This document shows, piece by piece, positions 12,915 through 24,538 of a DNA stretch of 64,000 nt (position 1 is its first letter; every line of letters starts with the position of its first letter). The DNA is from Isurus oxyrinchus (Eukaryota). Made by a program: the position numbers and the translations under genes. The notes beneath the pieces were generated by a model. The model was given only the letters and a program-made list of their open reading frames with translations. It ran no database searches and was not told the DNA's origin. The stretch lies in the NCBI GenBank assembly GCA_026770705.1, contig JANJGN010000150.1, positions 1 to 64,000 of the forward strand, read 5' to 3'.

Positions 12915-13930
12915 AGGGAGTGCTGCACTGTCAGCGGGACTCTACTGTGGGAGTGCTGCACTGTGGGAGGGTCAGTAATGTGGGAGTGCTGCACTATCAG
13001 AGGGTCAGTAATGGGAGAGTGCTGCACTGTCAGAGGGTCAGTAATGAGGGAGTGCTGCACTGTCAGAGGGTCAGTAATGTGGGAGTGCTGCACTGTCAGA
13101 GGGTCAGTAATGAGGGAGTGCTGCACGGTCAGAGGTTCAGTACTGAGGGAGTGCTGCACTGTCAGAGGGTCAGTAATGTGGGAGTGCTGAACTGTCGGCG
13201 GGTCTGTATTGAGTGAGTTCCGCACAGTCAGAGGGTCAGTATTGAGGGGGTGCCGGACTGTGGGAGGGTTAGTACTGAGGTAGAGCCGAGTGTGAGAAGA
13301 TATCCTTTCATGGCAAAGTTTAACTGGAATTTATTTAAACAGAATTCTTGTACTGTGTGTTATTGCAAAAGAAAGGATTTGAGGAACTAAGTCTTGTTCC
13401 CGTAAGCCTAAAAATAATTTTCACCGATTCAATGATTTAGCATTGAAACCTCCCTCTTTGGGCACCAGTCTTGATTGAATCAACTCGAACAGCACCGTGG
13501 GAGGGTGAGTACTGAGGGAGTGCAGCACTGTGGGAGGGTGAGTACTGAGAGAGGGCTGCGCTGTGGGAGGGTGAGTACTGAGGGAGTGCTGCACTGTCAG
13601 AGAGTCTGTACTGAGGGAGTGCTGCACTGTCAGAAGGTGTGTACCGTGGGAGTGCTGAACTGTCGGAAGGTCAGTAGTGAGGGAGGGATACAGTGTCAGA
13701 GGATCAGTACTGAGGGAGTGCTGCACTGTGGATGGATGAGTACTGAGGGAGTGCTGCACTGTCAGATTGTCAGCCATGAGGGTGTGCTGCACTGTCAGAA
13801 GGTCAGTGCTGACAGGGTGCTGCACTTGAAAAGGGTCAATAATGAGGTAGTGCAGCACTGTCAGAGGGACAGTAATGAGGGAGCGCTGCACTGACCGAGG
13901 GTCAGGATTGAGGAAACGCTGCACTGTCAG
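12915..13930. repeat. 30-bp minisatellite arrays (gagggagtgctgcactgtcagagggtcagtact), two blocks
   Basis: Blocks at ~12915-13285 and ~13495-13930. Confidence 0.9.
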
Positions 13931-14654
13931 TTCTGTGCGTGGTCTGCAATGTCCTAAGTGCATTCTAGGCACAGCCCAAGATTCCGCCTGATGTCTGTGT
14001 AACAACAACATCATGTACATGTCAAGAATAATTCTCACTGTGTTGGTGCAGCAAGACAGTTTTGGAATGGCACCACCACTGGCAGGAGTGTGCAGCTGCA
14101 ATGTGACGTGTTTACATTGAAAATTTCCATTATAAAGATGGCCACAGGAATTCATCTGACTGGAAAAAGTGACAACATGAAATAATGTCTTTGAGCCAAG
14201 AATCTGGCAGCAAAATAAGAATTTTAATCCATAAGTATCTACAGAAAAGGCTGAACATTTTAATCACTTGTGTTAATCAATGTAATTTTATTCATAACCC
14301 AAATGCTTCTTACAATCTATCGCAGCATGAAAAAGGTGCAGCATTCAGAAAGCACATTCCAATCAGAGAACAGAGTTTAGCAACGTCACATTTCTGTTCA
14401 TTCCTATTTGACCATGTTGGCTGCACACAGCCAGACAATGCCGTGGTTATGATGTGTCCACACAGCAGGACTGGGGAGCACCAGGTATAAGGAAAAGTTT
14501 CAGCTTGCTGAGGAGAAGAAGGAGAATCTCTCATTCCAGGTTTCTCTCCGTACATTAAGAAGCAGGCATGCCGATGTTTCATTGCACTCTGTCTGCTGAT
14601 GGGAGTCCGCTTGGAAATTGTTGTTTGTGCTGATGGAAAGAATAAGCTTTTCAT

Positions 14655-15245
14655 AAATGGAGGGATTGAGTACAAACACAGGGAGGTTATGCTGAACATT
14701 TATAAAGCTCTGGTTAGGTCACAGCTAGAGTATTGTGTCCAGTTCTGGTCTCCTCACTTTGGGAAGGAAGTGAGGGTCCTTGAGAGGGTGGGGAGGAGAT
14801 TGAGCAGAATGGGTCCAGGGATGAGGGATTTTAGCTACAAGGTTGGGTTGGAGAAGCTGGGGTTGTTCTCCTTGGAGCAAAGGAGATTGAGGGGGGATCT
14901 GATCGAGGTGTACAAGATGATGATGGGTTTTGATACGGTAGACAAAGAGAAGCTGTTGCCATTAGCTGATGGGACAAGGACTGGGGGACACAGATTGAAG
15001 GTTGTGGGCAGTGGGGGGATGTGAGGAGGAACTTTTTTACACAGCGAGTGGTAATGAGCTGGAACTCGCTGCCTACGAGGATGGTGGAAGTGGAGACGAT
15101 GAACGATTTCAAAAGGAAATTGGATGGACACTTGGAAATAAACTTGCAGGGATACGGGGATAGAGCGGGGGAATGGGACTGAGTGGATTGCTCTACACAG
15201 AGACAGCATAGACTTAATGGGCTGAATGGTCTCCTACTGTGCTGG
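14655..15245 (+). mobile_element. 5'-truncated CR1 LINE
   Basis: YKALVRSQLEYCVQFWSP and RLRGDLIEVYK motifs plus CR1 tail. Confidence 0.9.
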
Positions 15246-15365
15246 AATGCCTCTCTGATACGAAGGTGATTCTAACCAGGACACTGACCAGTTTGATTAC
15301 AACTTAACACAACATCACACGTTATTTGTCCGCACTGACTGACCAGATTGTTGCTTTACAAAGCT

Positions 15366-15505
15366 TCAAACAGTCTGTCGACTTCCTTTCACTGTTTGTC
15401 TCTCCCAGACACAGACTCCAGTGATAGTGATAACCACAGCCACAAGGAATATCACAGCTCGTATTCCCAGGATCAGGATCACATGCAGAATCTCTCCTCC
15501 ACTGT
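15366..15505 (-). CDS. Gene B terminal exon: transmembrane segment with intramembrane Arg and short tail (activating type)
   Basis: ttctctag acceptor, phase 1: SGGEILHVILILGIRAVIFLVAVVITITGVCVWERQTVKGSRQTV*; Arg codon at 15459-15461; no Tyr in the tail. Confidence 0.85.
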
Positions 15506-17174
15506 CTAGAGAACACACAGAAAGAAATCATCACTGACTCTCCGCTTTCAATCTCTCACTCTGGCTGAACAATCAAGCTTCATATCACTGCAACATTTGC
15601 TGTAATATTGACCCATCCACTGGGATTCAATGTGGAATGAATGTTTTCATTGTAAACACTCTAAGAGTGGACAATCGGAACTTTCCCCTCAGCGTGGAAC
15701 ATTGGTGAGAATGGATCATTGTGCTGTTGGACTCCCTGTCCAATGTTACTCTCCATCGCTGTGTACAGGATTGTGCTGTAGAAAATTCTGGAAACGTTTA
15801 GTGCAGGGTGGAAATCCATCTCGGACGCGTGTGCGAATCGAGCAGAATCGAGATGGACTCCCCCACGGACTTACACCCCCCGCTTAATAAACAGTTCCAA
15901 TCTTTACCCAGAGAGAGGGGAGAATGTGGAACTCACTCCCACAGGGATTGGTTGAGGTGAACAGTATCGATGTATTTAAGGGGCAGGAGGGTCGGTAACC
16001 AGAGGGACACAGATTGACCAACTGGAGGGGGAGATGAGGAGAATTTGTTTTGACAGAGCGAGTTGTTGTGATCTGGAAGGTGCTGCCTGAAAGGGCGGTG
16101 GAAGCAGATTCAATAGGAACTTTCAAAAGGGAAATTGGATAAACACTTGAAGGAGGAAGATGGGGTAAAGTGGAGTGGTGGTTAGTGGATCTGATTGGAT
16201 AGAACATTGAAAGACCTGGCACAGGCACAGTGGGCTGAATGGCCTCCTCCTGTGCTGTATCATTCTCCACTTCCATGATCTCTCCCCCAGTCAGTAACCA
16301 CTCCAGATCCCTCTTGAAGGCGACAGAGAAACAGGAACTACCACACCCACTGACAGCACATTCTCAAGGATCCCTACTTTCTGGGAAAAGATGAACTCCC
16401 CAACATCCAGCCTATTCCTGCTTCCCAGAGAGTGTAAACCCTTCAGGGAGGCACTGAGGAAGTTTTCAATAAAATGAATTATCAAATCTATCATTTGAGA
16501 AATAATTTAATTCTGATGAACTCACAGCTTGTGTAGCAAACTGGGAAGTGGAGTTGCTTGAAAAGCTGGGAAACACAAGGATTAAGTGCTACAATGCCAC
16601 CACTGGTGGGAGACTGTAACTACAGCGTGACGTTTACATAGGCAGTCATCATTATAAACAGGGGCATTGGACATACTGGGAAATATGTGCACTGGAAAGG
16701 TGAGTAAATGATGTAAGATTTTCACCAGCAGGAATTCTCTAACTAAACCTCTCCACTTCTCTCTTACTCTCAGATACACAAACAAAATCACACAGAATCA
16801 GATAAGGAGGAGTTGGGGCCGGTGATTGTTCGAAGGGTTAGCTTTCAGGAAGCTTCTTAAAGGGAGAGAGAGAGTTGGAGAGGCAGAGAGTATCTGTGAG
16901 TGTCTCTATGCATCTGAGTGTCTGTAATAGACTTTGTAATTTCCATTTCTTCCATAAACATGATTGGGAACACAAATCCCAGAATCCAGGCCAACTCTCC
17001 AGTGCAGTACTCAGGTAAGCCACAGGGCAGTGTGTGCTAGTGTGTTTGTTCGTGAGTGTGTCTTTGTAATTGCTCATACATGTGTGTCTGCACGTGTCTA
17101 TTTAGTTCTGTATATTTGTGTGTGTTTGTGCAATGTTTGAATCTGCGAGAGATGTTGAAGTCTGTGTAACTCAC

Positions 17175-17327
17175 GTTCCACACTGATGGTTATGAACCCC
17201 TCCACTGCTCCATGTTCATTCTCTGCCACACACTGATAGTCTCCAGTGTCCCGATATGTAATGGGAGGAATCACCAACCACAGCTCATTGTTGGAACTTG
17301 TTCTGTTCATTTGGACATTAAGATGTC
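17175..17327 (-). pseudogene. Gene B remnant of third Ig exon (3' half only)
   Basis: NRTSSNNELWL..DTGDYQCVAENEHG..SVE with intact gtgagt donor; 5' half (first Cys, Trp) replaced by unrelated sequence compared with 26714-26994. Confidence 0.8.
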
Positions 17328-17650
17328 AGGGCAGGAATCAAGAAGCCCGTTCGCAGGATTACCAACAGAAAGTGAACCACAATTTATACTTAATGGGAAG
17401 AGAGTGCTGATTGGTTGGCAAGTGGTCTCTGATAGGTGGAGGTGTTGCCATGGAGAATGGTGTGTGCGAGATGTAAACTTTAGACAGCTTGTCTCTTTAT
17501 TCAGTAATAATCAAATAAAGATCAATTAACTTCAATCGACTGTGAAGCACTTTGAGAGGTCTGAGAATGTGGACACTGAGAACGGGCTGCACTGTCAGAG
17601 GGTCAGCGCTGAGGGAGTGCTGATGTAGAATGAAAGGTGTATGTACTTAC

Positions 17651-17947
17651 CTTGCACAGTTAGTACGAGGGTCCGCTCCGATGAAACAGATGGATATCTC
17701 ACTCTGCAGCTGAGTGTGTGTCCGTGGTGTTTGAGTGATGGGATCAGGGTCAGAACAGAAGTATAGGTCAGAGTGACACCATGCTGAGTTACAGTGTTTG
17801 AGACTGATCCAGGTACGTCAGTGGGAGTGTCCCAGGTTAAGACAGGTGCTGCTGTTCCATTGCACGTTGTGTTGAAGGTGCAGCTTACATCCACAGGCTT
17901 TCCTGCAATAATTTCAGCAGGGAATATCATGGGTTTATCTGTGGAAT
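17651..17947 (-). CDS. Gene B exon: C2-set Ig domain
   Basis: 297 nt, phase 1-1, near-identical to the other C2 exons. Confidence 0.85.
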
Positions 17948-18806
17948 CTAACAGACAGAAAATGGATCCTTTTAGAGAAATATAACGTGAAGCATCAGTT
18001 CAAATAGAAACCACAGTCCCACAAGAGAAAGCACTTTTACAAGGATGATATCAGAACTGAGAGGTTACAATGATCAGGAAAGATTTTCTTGCTCTTTGGC
18101 AGTTGTGTTTCTGTCTCTCAGCTTAATACACGTTCACTCCGAGACATGTGAATTGAGAACACTGGATGAGAGAAGAGGCTCAGACCAGAGATTGGAGTTA
18201 AAAGCAGAATACTGCGGATGCTGGAAATCTGAAACAAAAACAAAAATTGCTGGAAAGACTAAGCAGGTCTGACAGTATCAGTGGGGAGGAAGACAGGGTT
18301 AACGTTTCGAGTCCGTATGACTCTTCATCAGACCAGAGGTTTGAGTTCACTGGCTTCTCATTTCCTCAGTGATCTGGGTGATTTAGCACCTTGTGGTTTG
18401 TTGGATCTTGCTGTGCACAAACTGCCTGCTGTGTTTTACATCTGTGACCACAATTCAGGAATAATTTCATTGGCTGTGAATGGATTTGGATCCTCCTGAG
18501 GTGGTAAATTGCGCTGCAGAAATGCACATCATTCTTTTATCGATACGTCAGACTTTTAAACAGGACAGGAGAGATTGATGGGAGTGGATAACCTGATAAT
18601 ACAGTTAATGCTTTTAATCATTGATATTAAAGTGAGTATTAGAGGTTGCTTTAGGACTGAACTGGAAGCTATCACCAGGTTATTGAGAATCAGACAGTGT
18701 GTTATAATAAGCTGTGTTTTGTGTTAATATGTAAACGTCACAGTTTGTGTTATTTCCCATTGAGTGTTGAATGTGAATTGTTGAGTAATTATAACACAGC
18801 ACTTAC

Positions 18807-19181
18807 CAGAAACATGAAGCTGGGTTACAGGGTAATAGTTATGGCTCGGACCATTGTCAAATTCTATTCTGAAAAAATAAGGTCCTGCATCTTCCCGTCT
18901 GATGTTGTTTATAATCAGGGAACAGTCGCCATCTTTCAGGTCTCCAGACAGCCTGGTCCGATGGTGGAATCTTTGATCCCTGTGACTGTGACCCTCGGAA
19001 TGAAAGGCTATAGACCATTTCGGCTGTGGGTTCCCATCTATTCCTTTCAAGCAGATTCCGACACGTGATCTCCCTACGAAATTTGATAAGTAACTGTAAT
19101 GACATGGAATCTGTACACACGAACCATCCTGCGCTGTCACCTCTCGTGAAGTGTCGCCTTTTCAATCTTGTGACAGTCCAA
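18807..19181 (-). pseudogene. Gene B V-set exon with nonsense codon
   Basis: 375 nt, phase 1-1; TGG>TGA at 19162-19164 (QD* versus QEW in paralogues); C-strand Trp also changed to Cys (VGICLK); YFFRIE retained. Confidence 0.85.
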
Positions 19182-19884
19182 CTATGGAGAGAAATGTCAA
19201 TATTTAACTCTGGAAGGTTTGTAGATCCACTAGACTCGATATCCACCCCCTCCATCACTGGGGCTCAGTGGCTGCAGTGTGGACCATCTACAGGACACAC
19301 AAGGAACTCCCCAAGGTTTCACAACGGATGGAAGAGAATCCTGGACACAGGAGTGGACAAGTTCATTCTACATTGGCTCATGGTGCTCAGGACCCTGTTT
19401 AGTGAAGCCAGTCTTCCACCCAACACAGAGTCTACAAGACACACAGGGAAACTGTGTAAACATCTCATCTCTCTAAACTGACTGGTTTGAGCTTCGGTTT
19501 AACTTTCAGTATTTTTAAATTTCCATATTGTGGTTGCTATGGTGAAACTGTGCAGGAAGTGTGAGGGCTGGACTCTCTGTCTATTCTGACTGCAGCTGTG
19601 ATGTGGTCGTGGTGATTCTCAGTAAAATGAAACCCTCTGATCTCCTCCATCGCTGAGGTTTAGGGAGTGAATTCCAGAGCTCAGGTCCCAGGCAGCTGAA
19701 GGCCCGGCCGCCAGTATTGGAGTGATGGGAATCGGGGGATGGTCAAGAGGCCGGAATTGGAGTAACACAGAGATCTGGGAAGTTGTTTGTGTGAGTTGCA
19801 GGAGGTTACAGAGATAAAGAGATAAGAATGATCTTTTACAAAGACTGTTAAACATAAATCTGTCCGAGCTGATGATGATATTAC

Positions 19885-19924
19885 CTTGGAGAAGTGACAG
19901 GTGGAAGTAAGATTTCCCGACCAT
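19885..19924 (-). CDS. Gene B leader exon coding part MVGKSYFHLSLLQ
   Basis: Exon 19885-19964, paralogous to 12058-12137. Confidence 0.8.
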
Positions 19925-20374
19925 CGTCCACTCCCAGATATTCCATCCACTTCTCACTCTCAAACTGTGAAAGAGAAAGGAGTTAATGAGACCTCACCTC
20001 TTGTCCGACAGCTCTCGAGAGATCAGAACTGCTTTTAGACAATGTCTTCATAGACTAATTTGATTCTCTGTGGGATGATAGGTGCTCTGCAGAGAGTTAC
20101 AAGTCTTTAAGTAAGACAAACAATGATTGATTTGCATTTCTATAGCACCTTTCACTATCTCAGGGCATCCCAAAGCTCATGTCTCTGCAGTTCCCTCATC
20201 CCTTGAGCTAGAAAGATGTTCTGTACAACAGACTTGAGTCTCACACCCAGAATTCAATAATCAGTAAAAATCTTTCAAAGGCATCAATCATTGGAATCTG
20301 TCTTTATAAAGTCACAACATCAACAAAGGACAGTGTTGGTGGTGGAAGTGAATTCCAATCATTCCGTTACTTAC

Positions 20375-20515
20375 CCAGGACCTGTCCGACTGCTCGCCTG
20401 GGGAGGAACTGCCCACACGCTCTGCTTGGGCTGAATGACCTCTTCCTGTGCTGCTCCCTATTTGTGTTTAATTAAAAAGGGTGCCTGTGTCACTGTGAGT
20501 CAAAATGAGGAAGTG
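20375..20515 (-). promoter_or_regulatory. Gene B 85-nt first-exon module with AP-1 (tgagtca) and PU.1/ETS site
   Basis: Exon ends at 20375 followed by a gtaagt donor; tgagtca at 20496-20502 abuts aaaatgaggaagtg at 20502-20515. Confidence 0.55.
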
Positions 20516-20629
20516 CTTGGTACCAAGTGAGAAAGCAACTCTTTGCCTCGCACTGTTAGAAAACTGTTAACCCTTTGCATGCCAATAATGTGGTTGAAGG
20601 GCCATCGACTGTTCATATGCAACAAGCTC

Positions 20630-21845
20630 GAGGGTTTGAATGGGCCTCCTCCTGTTCCTGTGTAACAGGCTCGAGGGGTCTAAATGGGCCTCCTCCTGTT
20701 CCAGTGTGACATGATTGTGTGGCTGATTAAGCCTCCCCCTGTTCCTGTGTAACAGTCTTTGGCAGGGCTGAATGTGCCTCCTCCTGTTCCTGTGTAACAG
20801 GCTCCAGGTGCTGAATGCCCTCCCCCTGTCCTTGTGTAACAGGCTCGAGTGTCCGAATAGGCCTCCTCCTGTTCCTGTGTAACAGGCTCAAGAGGCTGAA
20901 TGGATCTCCTTGTTTTCCTGTGTTACAGGTTAGATGGTCTGAATGGGCCACCTCCTGTTCCTGTGTAACAGGTTCAAGGGGACAGAATGGGCCTCCTCCT
21001 GTTCCTGTGTAACAGCATCATGGGGCTGAATGGGCCTCCACCTGTTCCTATCTAACAGGCTTGAGTGGCTGAATGGGCCTCCTCCTGTTCCTGTGTAACA
21101 GGCTTGATGGGGCTAAATGGAGCCCCTAATGTTCCTGTGTAACAAGCTTGTGGAGGCTGAATGGGTCTCCTGTACCTGTGTAACAGGCTCAAGGGGACAG
21201 AATGGGCCTCCTCCTGTTCCTGTGTAACAGGCTCGAGGGAACAGAATGGGCCTCCTCCTTTTCCTGTGTAACAGGCACGAGGGACTGAATGGGTTTCCTA
21301 TTCCTGTGTAAGTGGGTTGAGAGACTGAATGTCCTCTTCCTGTTCCTGGGTAACAGGCTCGAGGAGCTGAGACTCTCTCCTGTTCCTGTGGAAGGGTGTT
21401 GAGGGACTGAATGTCCTTTTCCTGTTCCTGTATAATAGGCTCAAGAGGCTGATGGGCTTTCTCCTGTCCTCATGTAACAGGCTTGAGTGGCTGAATGGTC
21501 CTCCTCCTGTTCCTGTGTAACAGGCTTGAGGGAATGAATGGGCCTCCTCCTGTTCCTGTGTAACAAGCTCGAGGGGGCTGAATGGGCCTCCTCCTGTTCC
21601 TGTGTAACAGGCTTGAGGGAATGAATGGGCCTCCTCCTGTTCCTGTGTAACAGGTTCGAGGGGGCTGAATGGCCTCCTGCTGTTCCTGTGTAACAGGATC
21701 AAGAGGCTGAATGGGCCTCCTCCTGTTCCTGTGTAACAGGCTCGAGGGGGCTGAATGGGCCTCCTCCTGTTCCTGTGTAACAGGCTCGAGGGGCTGAATG
21801 GCCTCCTGCTGTTCCTGTGTAACAGGATCAAGAGGCTGAATGTCC
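20630..21845. repeat. ~40-bp minisatellite (gggctgaatgggcctcctcctgttcctgtgtaacaggctcga)
   Basis: Tandem copies; unit resembles the CR1 3'-tail motif; paralogous array at 38278-39405. Confidence 0.92.
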
Positions 21846-21854
21846 TCCTGTCAT

Positions 21855-22066
21855 TAAAAATAAATACTGCAGATGCTGTAAATCTGAAATAAAAACAGAA
21901 AATGCTGCATTAACTCAGCAGGTCTGGTAGCAGCTGTGGAGAGAGAAACAGACTTCTTGCTTATAGACTCTGAAGAAGGGTCATACGGACTCGAAATGTT
22001 AATTCCGTTTATCTCTGCACAGATGCTGCCAGACCTACTCAGTTTCTCCAGCATTTTCTGTTTTTG
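21855..22066. mobile_element. Short inverted-repeat element of Penelope-associated type with hammerhead-like core
   Basis: aaaaacagaaaatgctg...agagaaac arm inverted against gtttatctct...cagcattttctgttttt; central ctgaaga-stem-gaaa. Confidence 0.6.
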
Positions 22067-23183
22067 TATCAGGTGCCCTCTTGTTCCTGTGTAGCAGGTT
22101 CGAGGGGGCTGAATGGCCTCCTCCTGTTCCTATTCAATGGGCAGTCAAAGAATGTCTGATTGGACCTCGAACCCAATTCTGTCCTCAGGACATTGACAGA
22201 AGGAGAGACCAGTTACAGGTTAATGCCGGAGGATTATTTATTTTCCCAATCTTTTATCCAAGTATCTCATCAAACACAGAGCAGAACCAGGATCAAGGAT
22301 GTTGGTCTCTGTGATCTGTAACACATCGCACAGTCCACCCATCCACTCAGCCTTCAGGATGGATGCTCATTGTACTCTCCAAGTGTGAAAGACTAAAATG
22401 ATGGTTTATTGCAGCTATATCTCATTCTGTTATCAAAGCTGTCTCATCCATCCATGACATATTGAAGAAGGTAAACCTGCAACCAATTTTTCACATCATA
22501 ATTTCCTATGTTCATTGGCAACATCAATGTAAACATGTCACGCTGAAATGATGTCCTGCCACCAGTGGTGGCACTGTAGCACATCTGTTATCCTCTGAGC
22601 TGCAGAGAATTTCTCAAATCTCCAATCAAATTGTTTCCCTGTTTCCGGGATTGCTGATGGTTTTGCTCTTTAACGATGAAGTGTAAAATCCAAATATATA
22701 TCTGAAAATACATTTGACTACAAAAAGCTGAGTAAATTTTACCAATCTCTTCTGCTCCAATTATCCACCGATCCTGCATTTCCTGAAGTCTACACTGGCT
22801 GATGAATATTCTGTAAACACTGACAGACAGGAAGGTGAATAACAGAATGAAAATTAACTCATAATCAAGGACACGGGATTGAATTTGTCCGTTCTGTACT
22901 GGTACATCATCGAACGATATCTAAAGACATTTACAATCAGATTGGAGAGAAGGATGTTTCCAACAGTGAGGGACAATTCTGAAGGAGGATGTTCGAATTG
23001 AAACCGACAGACAATCATCCTGGATAGATCATTCCAAAGAAATTCCATCACATTGTAACAAGAGGTTTAAATCCATTTCCTGGGAGTGAGTTCCTGTGGA
23101 TATTAGGAAGGTAAATTGGAGTTTTGAATGATTCTCCCGTTCTGTATTCTCCCCACACTGTGTGTGTCTCATTCTTGCTCAGT

Positions 23184-23300
23184 TTATAAATTCCCATAAA
23201 CAGAATCCTTGGCAAATTCACAGTTTGCGTAAAGATCATCATCTGTATCAGGATTGACTCCGCGGTTAGATTTCATTTCCAGATCCTTCTCATCTTTCTT
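23184..23300 (-). CDS. Gene C terminal cytoplasmic exon with ITIM
   Basis: ttacag acceptor, phase 0: KKDEKDLEMKSNRGVNPDTDDDLYANCEFAKDSVYGNL*; SVYGNL fits (S/I/V/L)xYxx(L/V). Confidence 0.88.
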   Translation of the reverse strand, partial: KKDEKDLEMKSNRGVNPDTDDDLYANCEFAKDSVYGNL

Positions 23301-23399
23301 CTGTAATAGAAACAGAAATGATCAGAGTGACAATCAGAGTGATCAGTGTTTAGTATTATTGATCCAAATCGAAAATTCCACCTACAATACATACATTAA

Positions 23400-23705
23400 T
23401 TATTGACACTGAACAGGGTTTGATTATTGATACTGAACGGGGTTTGATTATTGATTCTGAAGAGGGTTTGATTATTGATACTGAACAGGGTTTGATTATT
23501 GATACTGAATGGAGTTTGATTATTGATTCTGAACGGGGTTTGATTATTTATTCTGAACGGGGTTTGATTATTGATACTGAACGGGGTTTGATTATTGATT
23601 CTGAACGGTGTTTGATTATTGATTCTGAACGGGGTTTGATTATTGATACTGAACGGGGTTTGATTATTGATTCTGAACGGGTTTTGATTATTGATTCTGA
23701 ACGGT
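23400..23705. repeat. 24-bp minisatellite (tgattattgatactgaacggggtt)
   Basis: About a dozen tandem copies in the last intron of gene C. Confidence 0.92.
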
Positions 23706-23837
23706 GTTGGGTGTGAGTTTGGTTGGGTTTAAGAGTGACTGTATATAACATTGCAGATACAGGACTGGAGCAGCCATATCAATAACCAGGCTACTGGAGC
23801 AGCTGAGAGGCTGGGGATCCTGTGGTGTGTGACTCAC

Positions 23838-23942
23838 CTGATTCCTCAAAGCCCAACCACGCTCACAGTTTTCATAAACAGGACCTCGATATTCATCAAC
23901 ACGGTGGTTCGATTTGATTCCTGCTTTCCCCTCGCCTCTCTT
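23838..23942 (-). CDS. Gene C cytoplasmic exon with Tyr motif VYENC
   Basis: ttacag acceptor and CAG|gtgagt donor, 105 nt, phase 0-0: KRGEGKAGIKSNHRVDEYRGPVYENCERGWALRNQ. Confidence 0.82.
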
Positions 23943-24453
23943 CTGTAATAGAGATGGAAATGGACAGAGTGACAATCAACATGATGTGTATTCGGTGTTG
24001 GGTTTGATTACTGGGGAGAGAGTTCCAGATTTCCACTCCCCTTTGTGTGAAGAAGTGCTTCCTGACATCACCCCTGAATGGCCTGGCTCCAATCTGAAGT
24101 TCCAGCCCCCTTGTTCTGGACTCCACCCGACCCCCACCACCCACCCCCACCCGAGGGAATAGCTTCTCTCTATCGACCCTATCGAGTGTTTAATCAGTTT
24201 GAACCCCTCAATTAGATCCCTCCTTAATCTTCTAGACCCGAGGGAATATAATCATAGACTGTGTGTAACCTGTCTGCATAATTTAACCAGAAAGATGTTC
24301 TGTACAACAGACTTGAGTCTCACACCCAGATCTCAATAATCAGTAGAAATCTTTCAAAGGCATCAATCATTGGAATCTGTCTTTATAAAGTCACAACATC
24401 AACAAAGGACGGTGTTGGTGGTGGAAATGAATTCCAATCGTTCCATTACTTAC

Positions 24454-24538
24454 CCAGGACCTGTCCGACTGCTTGCCTGGGGAGGAACTGCCCATACGCT
24501 CTGCTTGGGCTGAATGACCTCTTCCTGTGCTGCTCCCT
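24454..24538 (-). CDS. Gene C juxtamembrane cytoplasmic exon (85-nt module)
   Basis: acag acceptor and gtaagt donor; phase 2 to 0 bridges the TM exon to the phase-0 tail exons: (K)GSSTGRGHSAQAERMGSSSPGKQSDRSW. Confidence 0.72.

Noticed and set aside
15322-15534. ORF-track Cys-rich peptide (CDPDPGNTSCDIPCGCG)
   Set aside because: Wrong frame; the phase-1 reading from the 15505 acceptor gives a coherent TM segment.
20630-21845. CRISPR-like regular repeats (also 23400-23705 and 38278-39405)
   Set aside because: These are head-to-tail tandem units with no unique spacers, there are no cas genes, and the context is eukaryotic.
23048-23242. ORF-track peptide MMIFTQTVNLPRILF (also 40349-40543)
   Set aside because: It is an alternative frame over the ITIM exon and 3' UTR; the spliced phase-0 frame explains the sequence better.
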